A stretch of DNA of 64,000 bases from Marsupella aquatica (taxonomy: Eukaryota > Plantae > Marchantiophyta). Position 1 is the stretch's first letter. Each line of letters starts with the position of its first letter. This document shows positions 52,583-64,000 of this stretch, in pieces. Under the pieces are notes generated by a model that saw only the letters and a program-made list of their open reading frames with translations, had not been told where the DNA came from and made no database searches. Made by a program: the position numbers and the translations under genes. The DNA is taken from assembly GCA_973895155.1 (NCBI GenBank), contig OZ316893.1, forward strand, positions 3,702,490-3,766,489. The letters are read 5' to 3'.

Positions 52583-53509
52583 TCACAAGATTTCATCATC
52601 AAGCAAGTCAATCATATCAACATCAGTGGCTGCGTTCGCTGATGGTTGATGTGTCTGCTTGACTCGACAGTCTCGTTTCATGTGGCCAGGCTTGTTACAT
52701 TTCCAGCATATAATTGGTTTCCTTTCTAGAGATTTCTCTCTAGACCTGGATCTAGACTTAGACCGAGCCTTCTCCTTGTCTCTATTCCGTGAGGGGTACG
52801 TTTGTGAAAAGGACCTATTTTTGCTAGTCATCCGCTGTTGAGTCCTCCCGCGGTTCACATTCAATGCACTGCCAGATGAAGATGGTGTCTGGGTATGACC
52901 CAGTTTCTTCTGTGCATCATCTGACAGCAAAGAGCTTACCACCTCATCATATGAAATAGTTTTGAGGTCTCTATACAAGAGAACCTGCTTCAAACCTTGA
53001 TACGATGGGGGTAAGGAGCTGAGAAGAAGCAATGTCTTATCTTCATCTTCCACTCCCTTGCCAAGATTTGATAAATCTACAGCCAGGCTGTCGAATTCAT
53101 CCAAGTGATCTCGAAGCTTGCCTCCTTCTTTTAGCCTCAAGCTCATCAAGAGAGACTTCTTGTACAACCGATCTGAGGCATCCTCTCGGTAGTACTTCTC
53201 TCTGAGGGCCTTGAATAAGGATACGCAATCCTCGTAGTCGTCCAGCTTCTTAATGATATGCGGCTTCAGATACAGCATAATCGCATTCACAGCAATCACT
53301 TGCTCTTGCCTCCATTTCCTCAACGGGATCTCTTCCTCACTGCTAGACTCCTCCCGAGTCGATAGCAGATGATCTAGGCCCATAGCACGAAGAATTCCCT
53401 TAACCTGCTTCTCCCATAGCAAATAATCTGTGCGCCCATCATATTTTTCCACCTCAAACTTGACACCTCCAAACTTGGATGCCATCGTTGTCCTCCCAAC
53501 GTTCTCCAC
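52583..53509 (-). CDS. gag: Intact copia Gag ORF (308 aa) ending in TGA
   Basis: KFEVEKYDG..LW, UBN2-like helices, CCHC knuckle CWKCNKPGHMKRDC, ends DDEIL*. Confidence 0.88.
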   Translation of the reverse strand: MENVGRTTMASKFGGVKFEVEKYDGRTDYLLWEKQVKGILRAMGLDHLLSTREESSSEEEIPLRKWRQEQVIAVNAIMLYLKPHIIKKLDDYEDCVSLFKALREKYYREDASDRLYKKSLLMSLRLKEGGKLRDHLDEFDSLAVDLSNLGKGVEDEDKTLLLLSSLPPSYQGLKQVLLYRDLKTISYDEVVSSLLSDDAQKKLGHTQTPSSSGSALNVNRGRTQQRMTSKNRSFSQTYPSRNRDKEKARSKSRSRSREKSLERKPIICWKCNKPGHMKRDCRVKQTHQPSANAATDVDMIDLLDDEIL

Positions 53510-56500
53510 GTGCTATTGCTGTGCTGCTCCCTATATGCTTTTTCCTTCCTTCCTTCTCGTTGACTCAAATCCAAATCACGAAAAAATATCGTTTTTCACA
53601 ACTTTCCAAAAAACTTGAAACTTGTCACTGCCACGTTGCCCACCAGCCTAGCAAGCCAATGCTGAAATCCAAAATTGAAATCGAGTTCCGACAAAAAACT
53701 TTTTCACGTTTCGGTCGGGGTGGGTAAAACTCAAAAAATTCTCCCCCGTTTTGACCACCTCGGGGAATAAGAAAAATTTTAAGTACCACCCATCGTCAGA
53801 AATGCAAATCGAGTGGTGCACCGCGTTGCTAGCTTCAGTGGCTACGTCCTCGCCAAAAAAGATCCGAAAAAAGTAACCGTTCGGACCTTGGAATCTTCAA
53901 CTAAAGGCCGAAAAACAGCTCTCTGTTTTTTCGGAATATTCCTTGGACTGTGCGGCAGGTCTCACAGGGGGCCGTTCCCCCTGTCGGAGCGGTTAAATTG
54001 CCGGGTGACCGGGCCCGGGATGTCGTTTAACCAATGGGAAGAGAGAATGAGAATTAAAATTTGGACCTTAAAGGGGTGCTAAGCCCCTTAGTAAAAATAC
54101 GGCGTGACGGGCCAGGCGGAGTATGGCGTGAGGGAGGCGCAAATACGCGCTCCTATACGCGCGCCAAGAGAGGGCACGAGGCCCTATGGAGCATTAATGA
54201 GGGGGGTATGCCAAGGGTCGCGAGGCGTGGGAGGATAACCGCTGACGAAGGGGGAGGGAGAGGGTAAAATGGCTCGCGAGGGGGGGAAGGCTGGGCAGGC
54301 GAGTGCCAAGTGTGGGCACGAGGCCCTATGCACCGTTAATAGCCCACAAGGGAGGAGGAGGCGCATAGCAAGGCGAGGCGAGAGGGGAGGTGGGGCACGA
54401 TGCCCTATGGAGGATTTAAGAGGGGGGGTGAGGTGTCGCAAAGGCAGGAGGGAGGGAGGAGGCGCGATAGGCTCAGGAGGGGGGGGGCGTATACAGGGCG
54501 TATACTCGCGCCCAAGGGGGGGTGGTGGCTTATACAGGGCGGCAGGGGTATACAAGTGCCCCCCAAAACCCCTAAAAGCCAAAAAAAATTTAAAAAAATG
54601 CCTCAAACAAAAATGCCGGGAACACACCTTGTCGCCGCCTTTTCCAACAAGAAAAGTGATCACCGCCGATGGGAAAAAGTTGCCAAATTTCACCGGCGCC
54701 GTCAGCAGCACCAGAAAGGGAAAAAATTTCCGTCACGTTGCCTTCACTCCGCGTCAAGTGCCAATCCCGGACTCAAAATGACCGCCTCACCGCGATCTCT
54801 CCTTTAAGCCGTAGCACTTCACGAATCTTCCTCCGAGTCGGACGTAACGACAAGAAACCCCGCTTCAGTCAAAAGAAGACTTCATAGCCGGTCAGAAACT
54901 CAGAACGGCTCTTTTGCTCGGAACGTCGCACTCGCTACACCTTCGATAGTAGACCAGCTACCAAAATGATCAGCTTTGCCCGATCTACGATTTGAGCTAT
55001 AGTATGCGACGCCTCGCGCACCACTAAGCTCACACCGTCGGGAAAACGATCTCAGTTCCCGCCCAAAAGAACCGTCGAAGAAAACCGTCGAACACGAATC
55101 ACAAAAAATCCAGAACGACGGAAACGTGAATTCCTCCGCACCACGAACTCCATTCAGAGATTTCTTTGCACTGTCGGAAAGCCCTTGCCCCGATCTATCC
55201 GTTGAGCCCAACACCTCCAAGTTCCATGCGATAGATCTCCATGAAATCCACCAACTCTAACCGCTGGAAAAACCATCACCAACACATCACGAAAATTTTG
55301 ATCACCTCAACGTCACCTCCCAGGCTTGCTCTGATACCAATTGTTGAACTAAGACGTCATTCGCAACGACCATACAACCATGACTTATTCCATGCACACG
55401 TAGTCGACACAATCTCTACGTGGTTCACCTCTTCTCCAAGGCTACGTCCACACGAACACTCAAGCTTTACTTCAAGAGTAAACGAACACACATGCTCTCC
55501 CTCTTCCTCAAGTTGCTCCGTTACAAAATGAGTAAGCACCACTCACCAGCGGCTTATAATTGGCTAATATTGTTTGAGGTATGCAACCAAGAGAAATTCA
55601 TTCTAATTTCTAAAAAGACAATTGTATTTGTGGTGGGTTGTCAAAATGTTAGTTGGTGCCTAGGAAACCAAATAATCAAAACTGAAAAGAAAAATGACCA
55701 CATATTCTTTACTAAAAATCTCAGTGAACACTCTAATGACCAACCAAGTCAGCATAAGCAACCAAAATTGGCAGACTGTTGGGCCGTCCCTGCATGGGGA
55801 CCCTTTCTAACTATCATGCAAAAATATTATTTTTGTTGGGATAAGATCCACAATTACAATTATTTTTGTTAGATTATTACACTTGGTCACCCAAGTAGAC
55901 TAATTTATTCTAAGTGTGTGTAACACTAAATAGGAAATAAGATTAGTAGTGGTGAAGAGTCTGTTGTACTTGCAAACAAATAGACAAATTAGACAAGGGC
56001 TACTAAAGACTGAGAATCTGTGTACCAACTACCTGGGATGAAGTAAAATGTGGAGTGTGCAGACAACATGTTACAATGGATACCTCTCCATTGTATAGCT
56101 CATATCTATGTTAGAAAGACTATAAATAGTATCATCAAGTTAAAATTTCTCGTATGTAACAAAGGTACATCTGGGCTGTTTCAACCAAGGGAACAACTTA
56201 ATCATGATTAAGTTGTTAAACCTAGACAAGTGGAGAGGGGGTATACTATTGCAAGAGCACTTATTAATAGCGGGATTAATAGTTCTCACACTTAGAGATC
56301 AGTTTCAGGAGTGAAAGATTGAGAGGGAGAATAGTTTTTTTCGTAGAGGAACTTGTGAGCTTGCCAAGTTATGGCAAATATATATTGTCTAGGATTTGGG
56401 CTAGGATTGTGCATGGTGATTGTTCTCAATCATAGCCATGGAAGTCTTGGTGGACGTAACCCAGATGAGGTGAAACACATTTTTTGTGATATAATTGATT

Positions 56501-56698
56501 GTTGGTTGTATAGTTGTTTTTCTATTAGCAAACTAAAGTCCATCTGGGTTTTTCAGTCCATAGGAGTATTTGGAAAATGTCTACTTTCATTTGAGCTTTG
56601 TTACCACATAACGGGGCATTGTAGAACATAGAAAAGGATGCTCAAATAATCCAAGCTTGCAAACCAGACAAGGCTTATGGACAATGACACCCCCTATA

Positions 56699-57280
56699 TG
56701 TTGAGCATAGACGACAATCGCAACAACAAACCCATGAAGCATCCAACGCACAAGTAGTCAACACAAAGAGATATGACTGTGGTTCACCTCAACTTGAGGC
56801 TACATCCACTGAAACACATGAGAGTTTTACTGCACTCTAGGCGCATCGCCCATACCGAGCAGTCTCCACAATAGAAGATCTCCCTATCGGGGGCCTCACT
56901 CTATAGGGTCTCATAGCGCGCTCATCATTTTAGCTATTAAACACCCTACTAAATAAGAAAAAAGAGAATTTTTTAGAACTATTTTTCTACCCCTATCTTT
57001 TTGGAATACTCTGAAAATATTCCCAAAATAAAATTCATTTCTAAAACCCTATCTTTTTCTTATAATTCTCAAAATTGTATTTTAAAAACCCTAATATAAA
57101 GTCTTCTCAACCCAATAAACAAACCCAATACTTAACTACTTTTGCGTGATGGGTAGAGTGGAAATAAGCAAGGACCCCAAGATAGTGTGTGCAACCTAGT
57201 TGACCCAACATAGTCTGTGACTAAGCTAAGCCCTAACTATGGTTACAGTGTAACCCTAGACTAAGAGTAAATGCATAGCA
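56699..57280. mobile_element. Degenerate solo LTR related to the 10460 solo LTR, with an AT-rich internal insertion
   Basis: Starts tgttgagcatagacga and shares gtggttcacc, tgaggctac and ctccctatc blocks. An LTR-like end (agctaag.cctaac..tggtta..agacta.gag..tagca) lies at ~57220-57280. The TSD is not clean. Confidence 0.65.
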
Positions 57281-58017
57281 TTACAGTCTCACTTACTAAT
57301 CGATTTGCTTTGGGTGACTTGTCTGACTTCCAAGAGATTTTGACAAGTAGATCTTCATTCAATTTCTCCTTTGCTATGCAACCAAATCTACTTTGCTTGG
57401 GTTAGTTTGAAGCAGCTTGGAAAGATCGTTTCAGCATCTGCACAAGTGGCTGCTACCAAGCCCTCGCCCCGAAAAGAACATATGCTTGCAGGCATAACCA
57501 CATTTCTGCTTCACACCAATGCTAGGGATACCCAAACTTTATGCGGACACATGCCATACAAATTTTCCAGCCCTTTGGGCAGTTTGGGGGCACACAACAT
57601 TTGTTTGCCCTACGTACTAACATAGAAAATGTGAAAAGAAATACATATGGAGGTTATACTTGTTAACCCATGATTGGTCTGTTCAGGGCCGGCCATAGGC
57701 TCGAAACCCCTTGAGCTCAACACCTTAAGGATTGCAGCTTATAACCCCCTTTAGGCATGATTGGTTGGTTTGCCTGTGCATGTTCATGTTCATGTAGTCC
57801 GACATAACACGACATTGCAAACCTCTTGCCTTTGGCTCTCCAATCACGGTCACATAGACGTTCCTGGAACAATAGTGACAGACTTGCAAAAAGGTGGTTT
57901 ACAACCAAATCAAAGTAATAAAGTTGTTCAAATCAAAGCACTGGTACATACAATTAAAGTCATGAGTTTACGTGGACACGTTTATTATGTCCAACATTAT
58001 ATGTATATTATAATTCC

Positions 58018-58445
58018 AATCAAAAGCTATTCCCTGGGCCTATTATCTACCGTGAAGCCTCTAGACCAACATTTATATGTATGTAGTTGCAATCAAAAGC
58101 TATTCCCCCAGCCTATTATCTAGCTAGAGTGAAGACTCTAGACCATGACTCTAAAGACATAACTGAAAGTGAAATTGCAGTCAGAAAAGATAAATGACAA
58201 AGATGAATAGGAAATAGTAAGGAATTTTTCTTCTGCTCAGCCATTTTTTGCCCTTCATCTCTTTATGTTCAAGGAAAGGGTAATGAGGTTAGTAAATATA
58301 TAATCACAATCAATAGCTATTCAATGTGCCTATTGTCTAGTGTGAAGACCTCTATTTTGCTTTCAAGGTCAAGGTAATGAGGCTAGTAATTATATATTCA
58401 CAATCAAAAAAAGCTATTCCCCATGCATACTCGCCAGAATGAAGT
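58018..58445. repeat. Degenerate tandem repeat (aatcaaaagctattccc..gcctatt motif, ~4 copies)
   Basis: The motif recurs at ~58018, 58091, 58308 and 58402. Confidence 0.6.
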
Positions 58446-60182
58446 ATCTACAGGGTGACTCCAAGGACATAAATGAGAGTGATAGTGCAGAGGGCAAAGA
58501 GGAACAAGAAATAGTGAGGAATCTTTGTTTGCAAGCCGTCAGCTCCATTTTACATTCAAAGGGACTATGAACAGGTAATCAGGCTAGCTAGTTTCATTGA
58601 TTATTTTTATATGATTATATGATGAGCGGGGATGGCATTAATAGGGAGTCTCAAAGCTGGGTCATTAGTGAAAGTTACGGATTTGTGATATATCCCATAA
58701 GTCTGGTTGTGGGACCCCAGTTATGGAATGTTAAAAATGTGAGGAAGTGGTATTGACCCGCCCCATAAGGCAGGAGTTACATCATCACCTGTCTCATAGC
58801 CTATAATTATTCTTTTTTCTTCCATTCTTGATCACCTGCCATCTCAAATGCAGCAGCCATCATCACGTCAAGCGCAAAGCCCATGTGCCTTCAGTTGCGG
58901 TTTTCCGGAGTTCTGGAGTCTTGGACTTCAGGATTTTTGGATTTGTGCTTAAAGTTGCGAGAAAGTTACTCGTTAAGTGTTGACCCCGTGGGCTTTCCTT
59001 ACCATAGCTAAAGATCGGTTTCCATAAGATCAAAGGTTGGTTTCCATACGTTACTCTCACTAATACTAAAGATAGGTTCCATAAGTCACTCTCACTTAGT
59101 ACTAGAGTTGTGGGAGTTCCTGATATTGTTAGCGCCATACTTTGAGACCCCTAATGTATCTTGTTAGCGCCATACTTTGAGACCCCTAATGTAGTAGAAG
59201 TCCAAGAAACTACCCACTTGACGCTGTAGTCCCCACACAGAATGACGTTGGACTTTGCAAACTGATTACGGCTCATTTGAACTGATTCTTGCAAGAAATC
59301 TTTCGAGAGTGAATGGTCAAGGTTGTGCTGGTGGCGGCGGAGTCGGAATTTAGATGCCAGTGCTTTCTGTTCAGGAAGCTCGGAGCCGACTGAGCGGAGA
59401 GGAGCAAAAGACAGTGGGAAGAGGATGCTCCACGCGCGAGCCAACGCGCTTGATATGATTGTGAGAAATTGTCATCAATATAGTCTGTATTGGTGCGTTG
59501 ATGAGCAGCAGCAGGCAGCAGTACATTGCCCCGTTAGCGACGTGGGCCGGGCCTGCTGCTTCATTCTTGCCTCCCCTTTCCACACAGAATGATCTTCCTC
59601 CTGCCCATTTGCGCCGAGATTACCATCTCTCTCGTCGTTTGTCATTCTCTTTTTTTCAGCATCCGCTGCCGATGTCATGTGTAGGAGTCTCCCATGAGCA
59701 CGGTGGATACTTGCTTCCGGCTCGTAAATCCATTCATTTTGGCAAACATTAAGGTCTCCTCGACTTGCGATCGATTGTTATTTCGCATCCTGGACTTTGA
59801 AGATTTTCGGCTAGCCGACTCCTGTGCCAGCTATGTTGGTAGTGTAACACACAAACCTGAATCACCCATCATCAAATGCAGTAGTTAGTGACAAATTCAC
59901 GACTTAACAGATTTGTCATAATAAAAGGGCTTCACATCAATGAACTAACAACTTGGTTAAAAACGTCATGAAATTGATAGTGAGAGGGCTGTATCTAAAC
60001 GAACACTATTGATGAGTCTGAAAGGTGGGAATTGCTAATCATCTTGTATCTGGTTGAGGCATCTAAGCTAGAGGCATGTATACTAGCCCGTGGCTTCCTC
60101 TGTGTATGCAATATGCATACGAGAATCTTGCCACATCACAGCGATTGATGTCAATGTCCAAATTGATGACAATCATTGGCAG

Positions 60183-63015
60183 ACGCAGGGGAATCGGAAG
60201 CATTATAAGAGATACAGTCTTCTTCTGGTAGCTCTTTTTCTCTTTCTCAGTGACATCGGTAGCTGCAGCAATGCAAGGATTGCAGGAGAAGAATACGTAC
60301 AGCCTCAAGGGACAAATGCCCAGGGCTTGTATCCGGCAATGTTCATCTTTGGGGACTCTCTTGTGGACAATGGGAACAACAACTTTCTCACGACTCTAGC
60401 TCGTGCTGATTTTCCACCTAATGGCGTAGACTTTGGATCTGGATGGCCCACCGGCCGCTTCTGCAATGGCCGAACTGTTTCTGACTACATCGGTGCTTAA
60501 ACAAAGCCCTGCCTGACATTATAAAATCTGTTACGGTACCTTCAGTTATCGTCAGAAGCTTTATAAATTTGCTGTACATTCTGGCTAAGATTTATGCTGC
60601 ACAGAAACTGTCTGAAAGAGTGTCTAAGGAATGTGGCCCTTAATGCATTCTTTCAAGTAAGGGATGGTTTGTGAGGTCTTGGCCAGTCAGAAACTCCTAG
60701 TTAAAAAAATAAATTAAGTGTACTCTATCGTGGCAAAGTGATCGCTGCTAGTTGTCTTGAGGTCTAAGTCCATGTTTTCCAGCATATTAGTATTTATTAC
60801 CGGGACCACAAAGAGTCGAAATTTCTTGAGGCTGCAAGTAAAGATGCAGCCATTAAAATTCTCTAGGACGATGCTTTTCAGCCGGATGTCGGTTGCAGGG
60901 GATGCTACAAGGTTACCATGTAAAACATTTTCTCTCCAGGCCAGTGGACCGAACTAAACTAAACAACAATGCCCTTTTAACACTCGAGTAGTATTTACGA
61001 GGAAAGTCTAATTCAAAAGTTAAGTGTGTCTACACAATCGCCCAACCAAGAGGTGCTGGTCATGCATGGATGGGAGCAGGAATTATGCTGGGAATAGACC
61101 CTGTTCCAGCTTACCTGGTGATGCTAGAGGAATCTGGGGCGGAAGGGCTTGAGCAAGGAGTCAACTTTGCATCAGGCGCGGCTGGGATTCTCGATGAATC
61201 AGGCTACAACTATGTATTGCACATCTCATACTCCATGGTTTCATTTCAGTCAAACTCAGTACATATCGCAATCAATTAATTCCGAATCTAAAAGATATGA
61301 AGGTGGATTAAGATATATTACAGCTGACAAATCCGACCCCCGATTTCGTGCATGTTCCATATGGATATTTCCGGACACTGTCAGCTGGGGCGAATTCCTA
61401 TGTCACAGCAATTGGGGTACTTCGCCAGCCTGAAAGAAGATCTTATCAGTCGTCGAGGCGAGGTAGATGCAACGAGTTTTTTACACAAATCGCTCTTCAT
61501 GACGATAATGGGCAGCAATGACTACCTCAACAACTATTTCCTGTCCGACTCGTCTGCTCGCAGAGTATACAAGCCCCAGGCCTACCAGGATCTTGTCCTC
61601 AGCACTTACGTGCAACAACTTCAGGTAATTGCATCGTACCGTACTCCTTCAGCTCACCATCTATACCTCCCCCACCGGCAGCTGCGGAAAGACCCTTTCC
61701 GCCATATCTAGACTAATTTTACAGTTCCTGCTAGGTTTGGACAATTCTTCTGCTTAATGCCTTTACGCCAATCTTATGGTTAAGGGTCGATAAGTCATGC
61801 TAAGCAAATCTAGGTGTCGGTTAGTTTTGAATGGCATATTCTTGCCAGAGGAACTTTTCGCATTTCAACCTCAGCTCTCTTCAAGAAGGGACATTTCTTT
61901 GATCGGTTGTCTATTCAGTGAACAAAGAGATCTTGGCCGGTTAGAATCTCTCCTATTGTCATACTTGTGGGTTCCATATCAACTTAGCTTGTAGCATATG
62001 GCTGGAACGGAGTTTTTGGAAAATCTTGCCAGTATTAGAACCTAGTCATGCTAGAGGCATGCAGCTAATTGGTGAAGAGTCGTCAGGACTTCAGAGGTCT
62101 GCAGTTTCAAGCTTTTGTGAATGTCAGGGGTCATGAGCTATGAGTGCACATCCCAAGAGACCGTTCCGGATGTTCTTTCACACACACATGTATATGACTG
62201 GTTTGATGATGTTGCTAACAAGTGCTCTGCTTCAGGCACTCTACGAAAATGGAGCCAGGAAAATTGTTGTATTTGGCGTTGGGCCCCTAGGCTGTATCCC
62301 AATCGAGATGTTCGTCTTCAAAAGCCCCGATGCAAGTTGCATCGAAACCCACAATAAACTGGTTCGAAGCTTCAACACTGCTTTGGAACAATCCCTGCAA
62401 GACCTCATGAGGAAGCATAAGGGTTTATATATCCTGTACGCCGACACGTACAAGAAGATGATCAGCTTCACCCAAAACACCACCTCGTATGGTATGTTGT
62501 CATTTCTACCACTGCCTGGTCTCGTGGATCGACTTCCCGAATTCTTGTCTAGGAATCTAATTTCAAAACGAATTACATCCTTCTGCTTAGACACACTCAT
62601 TTCAATGCATAAATATCTATATTCCTCGGGTCGTTTTTTCGATCCTCTCGAGTCCTAGAATTAGAAACTAAGCCAGAGACAGAGCTGGTCTCGAAGCATT
62701 CAACCACATTACTGTCGATATCCTACATCTAGGTCTTAACTCTGTAGCTGACAAGGAAATGAGCACTAAGAGTTGTCCTGCTTCATCGATTCAGGTTTTG
62801 CGTATGGAAATACATCATGTTGTGGGCAAGGCAAATATGGAGCAGAAACACCTTGCCTTCCGACCTCATTTGTCTGTTCTGATCGATCGTCTTACGTATT
62901 CTGGGACCGCCATCATCCGAGCGATCGTGCCAACTTGCTCATGTCCGGCGATTACGTGTCTGGAGGAAGCGAAGTCATCAGACCCATGAACCTCTTGGAG
63001 ATGGCTGTGCTTTAA
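60183..63015 (+). CDS. GDSL esterase/lipase, secreted; start codon uncertain
   Basis: Exons ..-60492, 61080-61213, 61385-61624, 62236-62491 and 62795-63015. Motifs [51 protein letters not shown] and FWDRHHPS; hydrophobic signal-like segment [12 protein letters not shown]. Confidence 0.93.
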
Positions 63016-64000
63016 TTAAACGAGGAACTTCATTCCATGCTAACCATTACCTATCGAACGAAGATGCCCACCACTTGAAACGTACATCAGATGGCTTCCT
63101 GCCAACATCTATCATACCCTACCATAACGTTTTTGTTTCAAAAATTTGGAGCATTAGCCCAAGCTTTAATAGTCTATGCAAATGGGGTCCCATTTGTCAC
63201 ACATTGGACTCCAGATGTGTAGGGATTGTTGTCTAAAAATGTCAAGCTCATCTCCCATGGTTTTGGTCAGTCATACGGTACCTAGGTCTCAATTTACGAG
63301 TCATACCATATATTCCAAGTTCTCTTCTCCTCCTGTCCGTTTCCTCAGGGGGAGCCTTGTTGCAATATTGAAAAGAATTGACTGCTTATACATGTACATC
63401 CCACCTACGCTCTTTGCGGCATTTATTGTGAGCACCGAAATAATTTCGCTTGCAAATTATACATTAATATATGTTCAACCAAATTTAGAATATACAGTGA
63501 GCATGGAAATAATTTCGCTTACAAATTTGAGTTGGCGAATATTAATATGCTTTCCTTGTTAGGGCATTATATAAAGCACACTGAAATAATCTTGCTCGCA
63601 ATTATAGAGTTAGCAGCACTAAGATGCTCTTACACCAAATTTAGGATCATCAAACCACTAATTCATATTAATACCTGTTTACACCAAAACTACAAATGAG
63701 ATTTGGCAACACTAAGATGTGTTTAGGGCATCAGAACTCTAATTCACAATAATATGTGTTTATACCACATTCAGGGCAGCCTAACACCAATTCACATAAA
63801 TCTATGTTTACAACGCATTTAGGACACCAGAACACATATTCAGACCAATGTGAATGGGTAACACTAATTAATATGTGCTGCACCATAAATCCCTTCACTA
63901 AACTGGTATTCAATCTGCAGAACATTTCAATGAATAACTTCGGTGCAAGGATCCTTCTAACTCTCCCTAAGAGTTAGGAATGTATGGGGGAGTAAACTGG

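Larger units (their letters stand above)
48818..55556 (-). mobile_element. Ty1/copia LTR retrotransposon, copy 2 (same family), 5' LTR truncated
   Basis: 3' LTR at 48818-49147 with PPT beside it; PBS at 55328-55339; the 5' LTR starts at 55342 and its similarity stops at ~55556. One substitution between the LTRs over the ~215 shared bp. No TSD recoverable. Confidence 0.96.

Noticed and set aside
54061-54887. 135-175 aa ORFs in the copy 2 leader
   Set aside because: GC-rich low-complexity frames that are not conserved in copy 1.
59125-59195. 35-bp tandem duplication
   Set aside because: Ordinary slippage or repair duplication with no further structure.

Overview
Eukaryotic nuclear DNA from a land plant, probably a non-seed lineage (inferred from compact spliced genes and a CRE-type retrotransposon; the species cannot be determined). 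Six host genes: a PADRE/DUF4228 gene, a plastid-targeted AT5G65250-like gene, an intronless ATXR1/SDG35-like TPR-SET gene, organellar RAD52-2, TRAPPC11 and a GDSL lipase. About a third of the window is transposon-derived. This includes two copies of one Ty1/copia family (one complete and nested in a related solo LTR, one with a truncated 5' LTR), a decayed CRE-clade non-LTR retrotransposon, and several MITE, foldback and tandem repeats. The three most unusual observations follow. (1) A 4.4-kb TG...CA element with a clean 5-bp TSD, no terminal direct repeats and one ~580-codon coiled-coil ORF, best read as a giant solo LTR carrying its own gene. (2) Both independently inserted copia copies share an in-frame TGA exactly between gag and pol. 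(3) A ~1.5-kb inverted duplication of the TPR-SET gene keeps an open TPR-only ORF and is preceded by a third copy of an upstream motif oriented to transcribe a long hairpin. Coordinates were read by eye and family assignments come from motif recognition, not database searches.
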